DNA of 64,000 nt from an uncultured virus (IMG/VR IMGVR_UViG_3300042549_007806) (lineage: Duplodnaviria; Heunggongvirae; Uroviricota; Caudoviricetes): IMG/VR virus record IMGVR_UViG_3300042549_007806; one strand, 5' to 3'. Shown piece by piece: positions 1 through 10,076 of the stretch. The notes under the pieces are model-generated. The model was not told the DNA's origin. It saw only the letters and a list, made by a program, of their open reading frames with translations, and made no database searches. Positions within the stretch are counted from its first letter, which is position 1, and each line of letters opens with the position of its first letter. The translations under genes and the position numbers were made by a program.

Positions 1-363
1 CCCAAAAAACAAGAATTAAGAGATCCTATTAAAACTAAAATTGACAAACACTTTGGGTCTTTTGAAAAATTTAAAGAAAAATTTGAATCAGAAGCCAAAA
101 GTAGATTTGGTTCAGGATGGGTTTGGTTGGTTTTAACCAAAACAAATGGTCTTAAAATTGTCACTACAGCAAACCAAGATAACCCATTAATGGATATTGA
201 AAAAAACGGGGGGTATCCACTATTAGGATTAGATTTATGGGAACACGCATATTACCTCAAGTACAAAAATGAAAGAGACAAATATATTAGTAATTTTTGG
301 AAAGTTGTAAATTGGGGGTTCGTAAATGATCTCTACACCACACAAACCAAAAGGAAATTTTAA
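1..363 (+). CDS. sod: Fe/Mn superoxide dismutase, C-terminal part (runs off the window start)
   Basis: Frame 1 is open from base 1: [12 protein letters not shown]...RFGSGWVWL...NQDNP...[16 protein letters not shown], containing the DxWEHAYY signature. Confidence 0.93.
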   Translation, partial: PKKQELRDPIKTKIDKHFGSFEKFKEKFESEAKSRFGSGWVWLVLTKTNGLKIVTTANQDNPLMDIEKNGGYPLLGLDLWEHAYYLKYKNERDKYISNFWKVVNWGFVNDLYTTQTKRKF

Positions 364-371
364 TGTCTTTT

Positions 372-390
372 TATTTATAAGATATTTATA
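372..390 (+). promoter_or_regulatory. Candidate late promoter, two TATTTATA copies
   Basis: TATTTATA at 372-379 and 383-390, 14 nt before the neck gene ATG. Confidence 0.55.
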
Positions 391-404
391 TAGAAAATAT
401 TCTT

Positions 405-1523
405 ATGTCCACAGCAATAATTACAGAACCAGAAAGAAGTAAACTTTACAAAAGAATTAAAAATCTTTTGGGGGCACCATTGCGTTCAGTCGAACTCGAA
501 GATGAAATGTTGGACTCACTTTTAGAATTATCAGTACAAGATTACGCACAACATGTTAATGATTGGTTGATTGAAAGTCAGTGGTCCTCACTTTACGGAA
601 TGAACTTAGATGAACAATCGCTAACGAGAGCCTTTACAACAAGATCATTAGATTGGGAAACTCAATATACATACGCTTATTCTAAAATCGTGGGTCTCCA
701 AGCTGGTGGTGATTGGGTATTGAAAAAAGACTATATTGAGTTAGTACCTCACCAACAGATATATGAAATACCGGCAGGTAGAGAAGTAAATGAATTACTT
801 TGGTTTTCAAGATCAGAATTAGACGCAGCTTACTTTGATCCATTCATGGGTGGATTTGGTGGATTCGGTGGTATTGGATTGGGTGGGGGAGCTGGATTTT
901 CTCAAATGGGTACGACAGGTAATTATTTTATTACACCTGCCTTTGACATCCTTTTGAGAATGTCGGACATCAATATTAAAAGAAGAATAATTACAGGTGA
1001 ACTTACATATCGAATTACAGCATTACCTGAAGGTAAAAAGGCATTACATTTAATGAATGTACCTGGTGGAAAATTTGACTTTGGGAATATTAATTTCCAA
1101 AAATATAGAGTATGGTATTGGTACTACGATACATTTGATAGGGATGGTTGTTTAGCAGCAAATAAGGATGTTGTAAAACTTCCTTCAGATGTTCCTATCG
1201 ATGAAATGAGATGGGACGAATTGAACTCACCGGCACAAACTTGGGTAAGAAGATGGTTTACAGCGTATTGTAAAGAAACATTGGCAAGAGTAAGAGGAAA
1301 ATATAGTGGAAACTTAAAAACACCAGATTCAGAACTTACACTAGAATATCAGAGTTTACAAACAGAAGCAAAAGATGAAAAAGCTATGTTATGGGAAGAA
1401 TTAAAAACTCGTTTAGAAAGACTAAGACCGGAAAAACAATGGGAAATTAAAGGGTTACAGGCTGAAAATATGAACAAAACCCTTAAGTTTAGACCATTTA
1501 CAAGTCCATATACCGTCATATAA
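405..1523 (+). CDS. Neck/head-completion protein, T4 gp13-like
   Basis: N-terminal RIKNLLGAPLRSVELEDEML and C-terminal WVRRWFTAYCKETLARVRGKY...EAKDEK resemble gp13. Confidence 0.75.
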   Translation: MSTAIITEPERSKLYKRIKNLLGAPLRSVELEDEMLDSLLELSVQDYAQHVNDWLIESQWSSLYGMNLDEQSLTRAFTTRSLDWETQYTYAYSKIVGLQAGGDWVLKKDYIELVPHQQIYEIPAGREVNELLWFSRSELDAAYFDPFMGGFGGFGGIGLGGGAGFSQMGTTGNYFITPAFDILLRMSDINIKRRIITGELTYRITALPEGKKALHLMNVPGGKFDFGNINFQKYRVWYWYYDTFDRDGCLAANKDVVKLPSDVPIDEMRWDELNSPAQTWVRRWFTAYCKETLARVRGKYSGNLKTPDSELTLEYQSLQTEAKDEKAMLWEELKTRLERLRPEKQWEIKGLQAENMNKTLKFRPFTSPYTVI

Positions 1524-1530
1524 TTAAAAT

Positions 1531-1863
1531 ATGCCAGTTTTTAGATCCATACCTTCATTAAGAATTATTAATGGAAATCAAATTGAGACATCGGACTCCG
1601 CAGTAGTAATTAGTCAAGACTATACTACAAATGGTGAATATGTGATTGTTTATAAAGGTGAAGAAAATCACGAATTATATTTAAATCATAACAACACTGA
1701 CCATGTAGTTGTTAAATCATTAACCAAAGTTTTAGTAAAAACTGAAAGTTTAATTGATGAAGAGTTTAATGAAGTGGAACTTGATAAAGGGTCATGTGTT
1801 GAATTTAAATATATAAATGGTTTTTGGTATATACTTTCATCTGACGGTTTAAAAAATTCCTAA
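1531..1863 (+). CDS. Hypothetical beta-rich protein, possibly virion-associated
   Basis: 110 aa ORF co-oriented 7 nt after the neck gene. Confidence 0.5.
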   Translation: MPVFRSIPSLRIINGNQIETSDSAVVISQDYTTNGEYVIVYKGEENHELYLNHNNTDHVVVKSLTKVLVKTESLIDEEFNEVELDKGSCVEFKYINGFWYILSSDGLKNS

Positions 1864-4688
1864 TCAAACGATAACGACATAAGATCACCGTCCACATCAA
1901 ACTCATAGAATTCTTCTTGGTCAATTTTTTTGTTTTGTTTCACATATTCCTCCATCATAACTCTATTTTTTTCAACCCACTCTACATCAACTAAATTTAA
2001 AGTGTCATCAATATACATGTAATACGGATCTATCCCAACATTTTTCCAAAATGTTAATTCCATGTCTGACAGTGATAAAACTTCCTCTAATGTATCTTGG
2101 TGCGCTTCTTTCATTGGGTAGCCTCTCACAAGTTCTGTTTGTGTCTTTGTGAATATAGGTCTGTCCTTAGGGTCCTCAATTAAAATATCTTCTCTGATTT
2201 CAGGTTTGTATACAACCAATAGTGGTTCAATCCTTTTATTAAACGCCGCCATATATCTTGCAATGTTATACTCACCTAATAAATCGGGGTTCCTTTCTAT
2301 TTCTTTTTCATCAATCAAATAACAATTTAAAACTAATTCGTCTTTTTTCTTTTGAACATCTCCGTGTGATTTCTTTTCACCGTTATTAACATAAAAAATT
2401 GTATCACCAAGACCAGGGTTCTTACCCTCCTTAATCAAAAGTTCCATGTGAGCTTGACGAGACATCATGTTACCTGCCTTTGTGGTTTTTGTGATGTGAA
2501 CTTTATAATCATCAATAGACTGTTTAACACGAGCCTTATTTGCGATTTTAGCCAAAGGAATTTGTCGGTTATACAACTTATCCACATACTCGTAATAGAA
2601 ATCTAAAAACTCACCGCCCTTACCATCTAATAACATTCGAAGACCTTTATCCAAGAACTCAGCAACATATGTTTGAAGTTTTTTAGACTTAATTGTATTA
2701 CCCGTAAGTTTTACTTTTCCTTTATCGGTAAGAAGTGCGTAGTTTTTACGAGCAACATTAATTGTAGATGGCCAAACACCGTCAATATCCAATCCCATTT
2801 CACCCCTCAAAAACAAATCATTGTATTCCGCAACATCCGCTTCAGCGCCGACATATTCTTTTCCTTCTTTAACCAATCCGTTAAGACCTTTACCTATGTA
2901 TTTGTATTCATCACGGTCTGACGGAGTTTCAAAGTTCACACCATCCGTGTCCATTACAAGTGGAACATAACCTCGTTTCATAAAAAACATAATCATCTGA
3001 CGAAGATATTGTCTACCTGTACAAGTAATCTGTTCACCCATATCAATATCCCCCCACGGAAACACTTGTGGTGCTGATAATGAACCAAAGAAAGCGTTGA
3101 TGAAGATTTTAATTGGTAACTGCTTTCTATCATATGAAATTGCAAGTTTTGGGTCTATTGTTTTAAATTCACTTGCCAAGTTCTTGTATTTGATACGAGT
3201 ATCACGGAAATACTTTAACATACTCTTCATCGCACCTGTAACATCACAAGCGGGAAAGACATCATGAACCAACTGAATAGATGGGTATAGTGAAGAGTAG
3301 TCAAGTTTTAATACATTTTTAGAGAACCCAACTTGTACCAAACGAGAAAGACCTCCCGTAAACTTTCTTTTTTCCAATTTTCTTGGTAATGCTAAGTTAT
3401 GTTTATAAGACCATGAGGACATAATCATTTTCCATAATGTTGCAGTTCCCATTGTTGAAAGTCTTTCATATGTTGTTGGTACAAGTTTAGAAAGTAGGAA
3501 GTTTGCTTGGTTAAACTGCTCGTCAACAATCATAGTTTCATAAAGGTCATCGTCCAAGTAATCTTCAATAATCTTTGATCCGGTAATTAAATGATAAACA
3601 TCATCTCGTCTTTTACATATCTCATCTATTTTAGAATCAAACCCAACTTTTTTGTATGCCCCATTTTCTTTGTTCATCCAAAACTCTTCGTTATCGAAAT
3701 AGATTTTACCAATTTTATCCCCCTCAACATAAACACGATTAGGTTTTTCAGCCTCAATAAACTTAGTAATATACTTCAAAGACCAACTCTTGATATCTGA
3801 ATTGATTGCTTGTGCTCTACGAACGGCATGTGCAATATCCACAATGTTATATCCCCACATCTGAGTTTGGACATAAGGTTCCATTTCATTTGCTAACTTC
3901 AAGATACCATCTTTTTGTTTCAGAGTATAATCGGGGTGTAAGGTTTTACAGATTTTTTTGATATTAAGTTTTAATATCTCGGCTCTTTTTAAAATAAATG
4001 GGAAGTCAAAGAAGGCTGAGTTATAACCACCAACCAAAGAAGGTTTTAGTTCATCAATAGTTTTAAAGAAATCGACAATCATTTGTCTTTCCTCATCTTC
4101 ATTTTGTGCTGATAATAATTTCAAGAAACCACGATTGTCTTTCATCCCAATCAAGAATATTTTACTTGTTTTGGGGTCAAGTCCTGTGGTCTCGATATCG
4201 AATACAAACCTGTGGATTTCATCGTATTCTTCGAAACCTTTAAAAAGTCGTTTGTTTTTTTGAATTAGGTATTGTTCTACGGGTGATAGGATTTGTATAC
4301 TGTCCGTGTTATCTCTACCCCATGGATCTAATCCACCACCCTTAAAAAAGTTTACGAGGTTTGAATATGACTTTGTTGTCTTTACGATATACTTTAATCC
4401 ATTTTCGAGTCTTTCGTCTCCATGAGTGTCTAATTTTTCAATAATAATTCCATTTTCACTCATTGCTCTTTTTTGAGAATGTTTATCACTTTTATAAAAG
4501 TTTTTACCTTTTAAATCACCGACCCATGCAAACGGAATAAATGTATCAGGGCGTAATAATTTACCTTTAATTGGGTCTTGAATTACTTTATAAATTTTTG
4601 ATGTTTTGTAATCGTACTCGAGTGAAACGATATATTTTTCTTCGTCTTCGCCTAATAAAAAGCGTTCAATTTCTTCTTGTGGAACCAT
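1860..4688 (-). CDS. polB: Family B DNA polymerase with 3'-5' exonuclease
   Basis: Exo I FDIETTG, Exo II YNSAFFDFPF, LDYSSLYPS, KIFINAFFG, MDTDG, RKNYA; ATG at 4688 preferred over GTG at 4724. Confidence 0.95.
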   Translation of the reverse strand: MVPQEEIERFLLGEDEEKYIVSLEYDYKTSKIYKVIQDPIKGKLLRPDTFIPFAWVGDLKGKNFYKSDKHSQKRAMSENGIIIEKLDTHGDERLENGLKYIVKTTKSYSNLVNFFKGGGLDPWGRDNTDSIQILSPVEQYLIQKNKRLFKGFEEYDEIHRFVFDIETTGLDPKTSKIFLIGMKDNRGFLKLLSAQNEDEERQMIVDFFKTIDELKPSLVGGYNSAFFDFPFILKRAEILKLNIKKICKTLHPDYTLKQKDGILKLANEMEPYVQTQMWGYNIVDIAHAVRRAQAINSDIKSWSLKYITKFIEAEKPNRVYVEGDKIGKIYFDNEEFWMNKENGAYKKVGFDSKIDEICKRRDDVYHLITGSKIIEDYLDDDLYETMIVDEQFNQANFLLSKLVPTTYERLSTMGTATLWKMIMSSWSYKHNLALPRKLEKRKFTGGLSRLVQVGFSKNVLKLDYSSLYPSIQLVHDVFPACDVTGAMKSMLKYFRDTRIKYKNLASEFKTIDPKLAISYDRKQLPIKIFINAFFGSLSAPQVFPWGDIDMGEQITCTGRQYLRQMIMFFMKRGYVPLVMDTDGVNFETPSDRDEYKYIGKGLNGLVKEGKEYVGAEADVAEYNDLFLRGEMGLDIDGVWPSTINVARKNYALLTDKGKVKLTGNTIKSKKLQTYVAEFLDKGLRMLLDGKGGEFLDFYYEYVDKLYNRQIPLAKIANKARVKQSIDDYKVHITKTTKAGNMMSRQAHMELLIKEGKNPGLGDTIFYVNNGEKKSHGDVQKKKDELVLNCYLIDEKEIERNPDLLGEYNIARYMAAFNKRIEPLLVVYKPEIREDILIEDPKDRPIFTKTQTELVRGYPMKEAHQDTLEEVLSLSDMELTFWKNVGIDPYYMYIDDTLNLVDVEWVEKNRVMMEEYVKQNKKIDQEEFYEFDVDGDLMSLSFD

Positions 4689-4751
4689 AATTTTTATATT
4701 TAAGTTTGGCGTATTAGCTGTCACATGAGTGTAACATTTACCTTTGTCTAA

Positions 4752-4780
4752 AATATAAGTGTAAAATTTACCCTTGTCAA
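4752..4780 (-). promoter_or_regulatory. Early/host-type promoter for polB
   Basis: Minus strand reads TTGACA-N17-TATATT(TT). Confidence 0.6.
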
Positions 4781-5130
4781 ATAATATTGATGTAAAGATT
4801 TTCTCTTATTGGTACTATCAATTCTCCATTATCTAAGGTTATGGAAAATTCACCTTTGTATCTACCTGGTCTATTGGTGTCCTTAGTTTTCCATTTGTAA
4901 TAAATGTAATATTCTTGAGTTGATTCTGCAGATGTTTTATCTTTTTCCACTAAATACGCGGGTTGCATTGATATTTTTTCGGCCCCGTTACTTTCTAAAG
5001 TCATTGAAAATCTAATATTCGCATTATCTAAAATTGAATAAAATTCTTTGTATGCGTCAGTTCTTCCATCGAATACGACATCCATTTTTAGAATTGGTAA
5101 TGTTGAGTTTTGATTTATAAAAAATTCCAT
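4777..5130 (-). CDS. Ig-like structural protein, BppU N-terminal-like
   Basis: MEFFINQNSTLPIL...YKWKTKDTNRPGRYKGEFSI...IVP pattern; downstream of the LamG-like gene. Confidence 0.45.
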   Translation of the reverse strand: MEFFINQNSTLPILKMDVVFDGRTDAYKEFYSILDNANIRFSMTLESNGAEKISMQPAYLVEKDKTSAESTQEYYIYYKWKTKDTNRPGRYKGEFSITLDNGELIVPIRENLYINII

Positions 5131-5143
5131 ATATTATATTAAA

Positions 5144-7441
5144 TTAACAAGGTGGATTTAATGGTACATATTCAGTAACTATGCCGCTAGCATTTATTAC
5201 AACCCAATATAATTGATAAAGGCCATACGCAATTACACCATTGTTACTTACTATATAATTACCCTCACCAAACGGACTACTAGAATCATAAAACCCACCA
5301 ACAAATGAACCAACAGATAGGGGGCCTGTGATAGTTCCTATCATTCCGGCATACGAATTATTATTACATACTATTACTTGGGCTGCTTGAGCGTTTGCAA
5401 CATAAATAAATGAGTTCCATGGTGTATTATCATTATCTGACATTCTGTAACTTGCCCAAAAAGTTGGTTGAATATTAAGCGTAGGGGTTGGTGTTGGGGT
5501 AGGAGTCATTGTTGGTGTTGGTGTCGGTGTAGGGGTCGCTCCTGGTGTTGGTGTCGGTGTAGATGGATTCAAACAGTTAGGACACCAATAATTGAAAAGT
5601 TGATATTGTTGTTCTAATATTCTAAAGTTATGTTGTATAGAAGGAGATTGTAAAGGTTCGGTATACATTCTAAATTGTGAAATACCTCCCATAAATGATC
5701 CACCAAAAGTTTGTTCTACTAAAATGTTTGTCGATAACGCACTAAAAGTTGTTGCAGAAAGTATGTTATTGGGAAATAGTTCCGGATCCTGTTGATAAGG
5801 TCCGTATGGTAAAGTTGAAGATGAAAATATTAAATGGTCGTGTAATCCTTGAGACCCTCCCCCAAATGAAATATTAAATGGTACTCCAATTTGTTTTTCC
5901 TTTTCGGTGTTTAATTCTCTTGGTATTATCTCTTCAAAATTTTCAATAACCAAAAATAGATATCCGTTAGCATAAATTTTAAGTCTTCCCATTCGGTACC
6001 ATGCATCATCGAACCATTTGTGATCAAATTTAACTTGGTAAACTTTATTTTCTTTCGTATCACCTGAATGTGTTTCTGGAGGCATTATCAAGTTATAAGT
6101 TGTTCCATTTATACTTGATTGGTATGTTTCAACCCTAACATCATTCAATCCACCTAAGTTCAATAGGTCACAATCCTCAATTGCTGTATATCGTTCAAAA
6201 ACGGCACTTACCATAACCCATCGGTCCTGAGTAATTGCTGTACATACATAATCACAGACATCATAAATAGGTTCTGTGCAAACTTCAGTAATTGTGTATC
6301 CCGTTTGAAAAGTTACACCAGTTGTTTCACATGTTCCTGTAGTCACACAGTCTCCCGTGATTTTAATGTATTTAACACATATTCTTGGGTTTGCGGGACA
6401 ACCACTGAACCTCAATGAAAGTCCGTTGGATACCACATCAAACATAGGATCTAAAGGTGGTACGGGAAGTTGTTCAGTACAAGCCCCACACCCACACCCA
6501 ATGTTATGGTACGCAGTTGTTGCACTTTTTGGGTAAATGTAGTGACATTCAGAATTAGTGACTCCTGTATCGGAACACGAGCAAGTTTTCATTTCAGTTA
6601 ACCCTGATGTAAATGTTCTAGTATACCCCGAATCAGATTCTGGACTACCTGAAGCAAAATGATAATATTTATTTTCCGCTCTTGTGCCAAAATGAAAAAA
6701 AGTTCCAGCATTCCCACTGTAGATTCCATTCAAATAAGTTTGTCCTGTGGTAATGGAATATGCCTCATTATTTCTTGGTCTTAATAACATTTCTACCGTC
6801 CATCCTTGATTTACCCTTTCTGGGAAAACTTCATAATCAAATCCAAAAAGTTTATAAAATCCTTGGTAGAATCCACCGTACAAATCTTGGTAATATCCCA
6901 CAAAGTTACTGTATCTAGATACTATGTTATAAATTGTATTTTTAGGTCTACCTGAAAATACTTGATTTGGTGAAGATGTATACCCTGTCACAGGATGCAT
7001 TTTGAATCTTCTATCGTAGTAATGTGGGTGAAACTTGTAATCATTTCTGATACCCATCGAGTAATACAAAGTCTCTCCTGACATCTCAGTAAACAATCCA
7101 TTATCTGTTGCGACCAAACCAACATCACATACCCCTGTAAACGCAGAAAAACAATTTATATCAACACCGTTTGGGTTGTAATAATTTTTAGATAATAAGG
7201 TATTACCTGAAAGATATTGACCAAAATTTATAATTAGTTGGCTACTACAATCAGACTTAGAAAGGTCAATATTGATTGGCAATCTATTACCATCATTTTC
7301 ACCAATCAATAGGTTTGAAAATACCGCCTCCTCATTATAGTTCCTTTCATCCGACGCTAGTGTAAGGTCAAAATACTGACCAAAGTTCAAAACTGATCTA
7401 TACCTTGGGTAATAATATGAATTAAGATTCTGAGTTGGCAT
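5144..7441 (-). CDS. Large virion structural protein with LamG-like C-terminal motif and Pro-Thr linker
   Basis: FMGGISQFRMYTEPL..IQHNF LamG-type ending, Cys-rich middle, (PT)n linker. Confidence 0.55.
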   Translation of the reverse strand: MPTQNLNSYYYPRYRSVLNFGQYFDLTLASDERNYNEEAVFSNLLIGENDGNRLPINIDLSKSDCSSQLIINFGQYLSGNTLLSKNYYNPNGVDINCFSAFTGVCDVGLVATDNGLFTEMSGETLYYSMGIRNDYKFHPHYYDRRFKMHPVTGYTSSPNQVFSGRPKNTIYNIVSRYSNFVGYYQDLYGGFYQGFYKLFGFDYEVFPERVNQGWTVEMLLRPRNNEAYSITTGQTYLNGIYSGNAGTFFHFGTRAENKYYHFASGSPESDSGYTRTFTSGLTEMKTCSCSDTGVTNSECHYIYPKSATTAYHNIGCGCGACTEQLPVPPLDPMFDVVSNGLSLRFSGCPANPRICVKYIKITGDCVTTGTCETTGVTFQTGYTITEVCTEPIYDVCDYVCTAITQDRWVMVSAVFERYTAIEDCDLLNLGGLNDVRVETYQSSINGTTYNLIMPPETHSGDTKENKVYQVKFDHKWFDDAWYRMGRLKIYANGYLFLVIENFEEIIPRELNTEKEKQIGVPFNISFGGGSQGLHDHLIFSSSTLPYGPYQQDPELFPNNILSATTFSALSTNILVEQTFGGSFMGGISQFRMYTEPLQSPSIQHNFRILEQQYQLFNYWCPNCLNPSTPTPTPGATPTPTPTPTMTPTPTPTPTLNIQPTFWASYRMSDNDNTPWNSFIYVANAQAAQVIVCNNNSYAGMIGTITGPLSVGSFVGGFYDSSSPFGEGNYIVSNNGVIAYGLYQLYWVVINASGIVTEYVPLNPPC
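5480..5566 (-). repeat. Pro-Thr low-complexity linker
   Basis: PSTPTPTPGATPTPTPTPTMTPTPTPTPT. Confidence 0.9.
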
Positions 7442-7452
7442 ACTTTTTTATG

Positions 7453-7479
7453 ATAAATACTTTAACTGAAGTATTTATA
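7453..7479. promoter_or_regulatory. Back-to-back divergent late-promoter motifs forming a 10-bp inverted repeat
   Basis: ATAAATACTT-taactg-AAGTATTTAT between divergent genes starting at 7441(-) and 7493(+). Confidence 0.65.
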
Positions 7480-7492
7480 GGTAAAAGCTGCA

Positions 7493-8245
7493 ATGAAAAG
7501 TTATAAATACTCAACAAAAGAAAGAGCCGAGAGAGTTGCAAAAACTTTAGGGTGCTCAGGCTTTCATTATCATAACGAAGATGGTGAGAGAAAATATATG
7601 CCTTGTAAAAGTCATGACATATTCAAATCTAAGGTTGAGAAAGAAGATTCTAAGGAGGAAGAAGTTACCGAATTAATCGATGCGGATGGAACTTGGTTAT
7701 CGTCAAGTATTCCTATTTTGGATCCTGCAAGTACAGGAGTCGGTACAAAAACAACTGACCAAATAGTGCCAGCAGCTAGAAACCCAAGAGATCCACTTTT
7801 GAGGGGGTGGTATGGTTACTATGGTGAAGGTCATGTAAAAGAAGAAGATATGTCGAAAGCCTTTGGTTATAAAAAAACCAAGTTTATGGACGCTAAGGAA
7901 ACTGAAAAGTATTTTGAAAAAGAATTAGGTTTAGACAAAGATGCTGCAACACAAAGAACATTAGACCAAGGAAAAGAAAAAGGTAGAGACAAAAAAGCAC
8001 CTAAGAAAATATCCAAGTTAAAAAATTTCATAGATAGACTTATTCTTAAAGAAAAAGAAATTGATGAATCAAAAGACATTATAGAAGACACATTAGTAAA
8101 CAAATCAAATGACGATGATTTGAAAAATAAAAGCAAGGAAATTAACCATTTGCTTTTGAGGAATATTAAATCTTTGAAGAGAGTCGCTAAGGATAATAAC
8201 ATAAGTGTAAAAGAGTTAATTGAACTAATTAAAAATGAACAGTAA
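7493..8245 (+). CDS. Hypothetical late protein with N-terminal Cys/His motif
   Basis: 250 aa; LGCSGFHYH...YMPCKSH possible metal site. Confidence 0.55.
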   Translation: MKSYKYSTKERAERVAKTLGCSGFHYHNEDGERKYMPCKSHDIFKSKVEKEDSKEEEVTELIDADGTWLSSSIPILDPASTGVGTKTTDQIVPAARNPRDPLLRGWYGYYGEGHVKEEDMSKAFGYKKTKFMDAKETEKYFEKELGLDKDAATQRTLDQGKEKGRDKKAPKKISKLKNFIDRLILKEKEIDESKDIIEDTLVNKSNDDDLKNKSKEINHLLLRNIKSLKRVAKDNNISVKELIELIKNEQ

Positions 8246-8684
8246 CTTATATAATAAAACTGCAAAATTGCCAGACACTTTAATCAAACACTTAAAGGTT
8301 TGTTTTGATTCTGTGTCTGCCGATTCAAATACAGAAGGTTATAATAGAAACCAAGAGTTTCAAAAAAGTAAAGTTGCAACATACCAACAAATAAAAAGAA
8401 TTAAAAATTGGTTTGATTCTTATAGTGGTGATAAAAAAGACGCTCCATTCATATTGAATGGGGGTGATCGAATGAAAACTTGGTGTGACGAAGTTTTAAG
8501 AGTGTGGCGAGATGGTGATAATTCAGCAAAAAAAATTAAGTCTGATGCTGGTATGGCCAATCAATACCTTGATTCACACGAAAAGAATTCTTTTAATCTT
8601 AACGATAAACACGGATCAACATCCGACGAATTGAAGGTTGAAAATCAAATCAGACGAATAAATAAACTAATAAAGGGATTTTAA
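8235..8684 (+). CDS. Hypothetical protein
   Basis: 149 aa, overlaps previous gene, operon-like. Confidence 0.55.
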   Translation: MNSNLYNKTAKLPDTLIKHLKVCFDSVSADSNTEGYNRNQEFQKSKVATYQQIKRIKNWFDSYSGDKKDAPFILNGGDRMKTWCDEVLRVWRDGDNSAKKIKSDAGMANQYLDSHEKNSFNLNDKHGSTSDELKVENQIRRINKLIKGF

Positions 8685-8687
8685 AAA

Positions 8688-8981
8688 ATGGCAGTACAAT
8701 CAGATAAATTAGATTTCAGTCAACCTAGCAATGCAATGTCATCAGTTGCTGACGAACAAAGAAGAAAATTGTTTGCAAGAAATGACTTCAACACTGAAGA
8801 TCAATATTCTCCAGTCCATCCTGATGCGTTAGCAAACGGAGATAAAATTGGTAGAGGTACTGGTGTAGAATTAGATATATACAACCAAAATATTGGTACG
8901 AGTACCGATGTCGCAGAAAGAAAAGATGACATAAAGGTTAATAAATATAATTCTTTCAACCCATACTACATTGTTCAATGA
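8688..8981 (+). CDS. Hypothetical protein
   Basis: 97 aa, tightly packed in operon. Confidence 0.55.
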   Translation: MAVQSDKLDFSQPSNAMSSVADEQRRKLFARNDFNTEDQYSPVHPDALANGDKIGRGTGVELDIYNQNIGTSTDVAERKDDIKVNKYNSFNPYYIVQ

Positions 8982-9379
8982 AACTTCTAAATAACCTTAA
9001 GGGTCTAATAACAGAAATTGCTGCGATCAGTGATATTACTGATGCGGTAAAAAATAAGAAAGTTATTACAATATATTATAATGGTAAAGATAACGGAGGT
9101 AAGGGTTATCGCACCATAGAACCCGTATGTTTAGGTTTTAGTAAAAAAAACAATTTAGTTTTAAGGGCTTGGGAAAGAGAAGGTTCTTCATACTCAGCAA
9201 ACAATGAAGGTAATATTTTACCAGGATGGAGGTTGTTCAGAGTAGATAAAATATTTACATTTAAGCCTACAATGGATAATTTTACTGAAGTTAGACCTTT
9301 ATATAACCCTAATGGTGATAGGTCTATGATACAAGTTTTGGTTAACGCAAAATTTAATAACGAAGAAAATATAGCATAG
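8978..9379 (+). CDS. Stand-alone WYL-domain protein
   Basis: ITIYYNG...YRTIEPVCLG...LRAW...WRLFRVDKI matches the WYL pattern; no HTH. Confidence 0.75.
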   Translation: MKLLNNLKGLITEIAAISDITDAVKNKKVITIYYNGKDNGGKGYRTIEPVCLGFSKKNNLVLRAWEREGSSYSANNEGNILPGWRLFRVDKIFTFKPTMDNFTEVRPLYNPNGDRSMIQVLVNAKFNNEENIA

Positions 9380-9380
9380 T

Positions 9381-10004
9381 ATGTCAGATTTAATGCAGAA
9401 ATTAGCAATGTCAAAAAAAATAATGGATGCTCATAGTAATATCCAAAGGGGTAACGCGACCCCATCAACCCCAATGGTAGAGAACTTCCAAACTCCACAA
9501 GCGTCTTACAATATCCCTCAAGAGTTTGCCAGTGAAATATCAACACCACAAAGGTCAAGTTTTGATCCATCACAACCTATCGAGGAGAGTAGAATTAAAA
9601 ATTCAAAATTACCAGACGAAATAAAAAAATTAATGATCGAACAACCAATTGTTCAACCTAGTTCTATGAATGGTGGATCAGTAATTAGTGATGATGTCAT
9701 TGAGGGAGCACAAAGGCTGATGAATTTAAACAGAAGTTCATCAGATCAACAACCTCAGTCAGTTAAGAATTTAACAACCAATCCACAACAACAACCATCA
9801 CCATCTAATTTCAATATGAATGAAATGAAATCTATGATTAGGGATGTTGTTAGAGATACCGTAAAAGATGTTGTCCAAGAAGAATTACGACAATCAGGTA
9901 TGTTAGTTGAGTCAACAACTAACTCAAATGATACCATACAATTCAAAGTAGGAAATCACCTTTTTATTGGTAGGGTCACGAAAGTTAAGAAATTAGTACA
10001 ATAA
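9381..10004 (+). CDS. Hypothetical protein
   Basis: 207 aa, last gene before a terminator. Confidence 0.55.
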   Translation: MSDLMQKLAMSKKIMDAHSNIQRGNATPSTPMVENFQTPQASYNIPQEFASEISTPQRSSFDPSQPIEESRIKNSKLPDEIKKLMIEQPIVQPSSMNGGSVISDDVIEGAQRLMNLNRSSSDQQPQSVKNLTTNPQQQPSPSNFNMNEMKSMIRDVVRDTVKDVVQEELRQSGMLVESTTNSNDTIQFKVGNHLFIGRVTKVKKLVQ

Positions 10005-10009
10005 TAAAT

Positions 10010-10036
10010 AATCCACCTCACAAGGGTGGATTTTTT
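10010..10036 (+). terminator. Intrinsic terminator
   Basis: AATCCACCT-cacaa-GGGTGGATT followed by a T run. Confidence 0.75.
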
Positions 10037-10076
10037 GATTTATAATACCTACTTTTTACTTAAAATAATTTCATTT

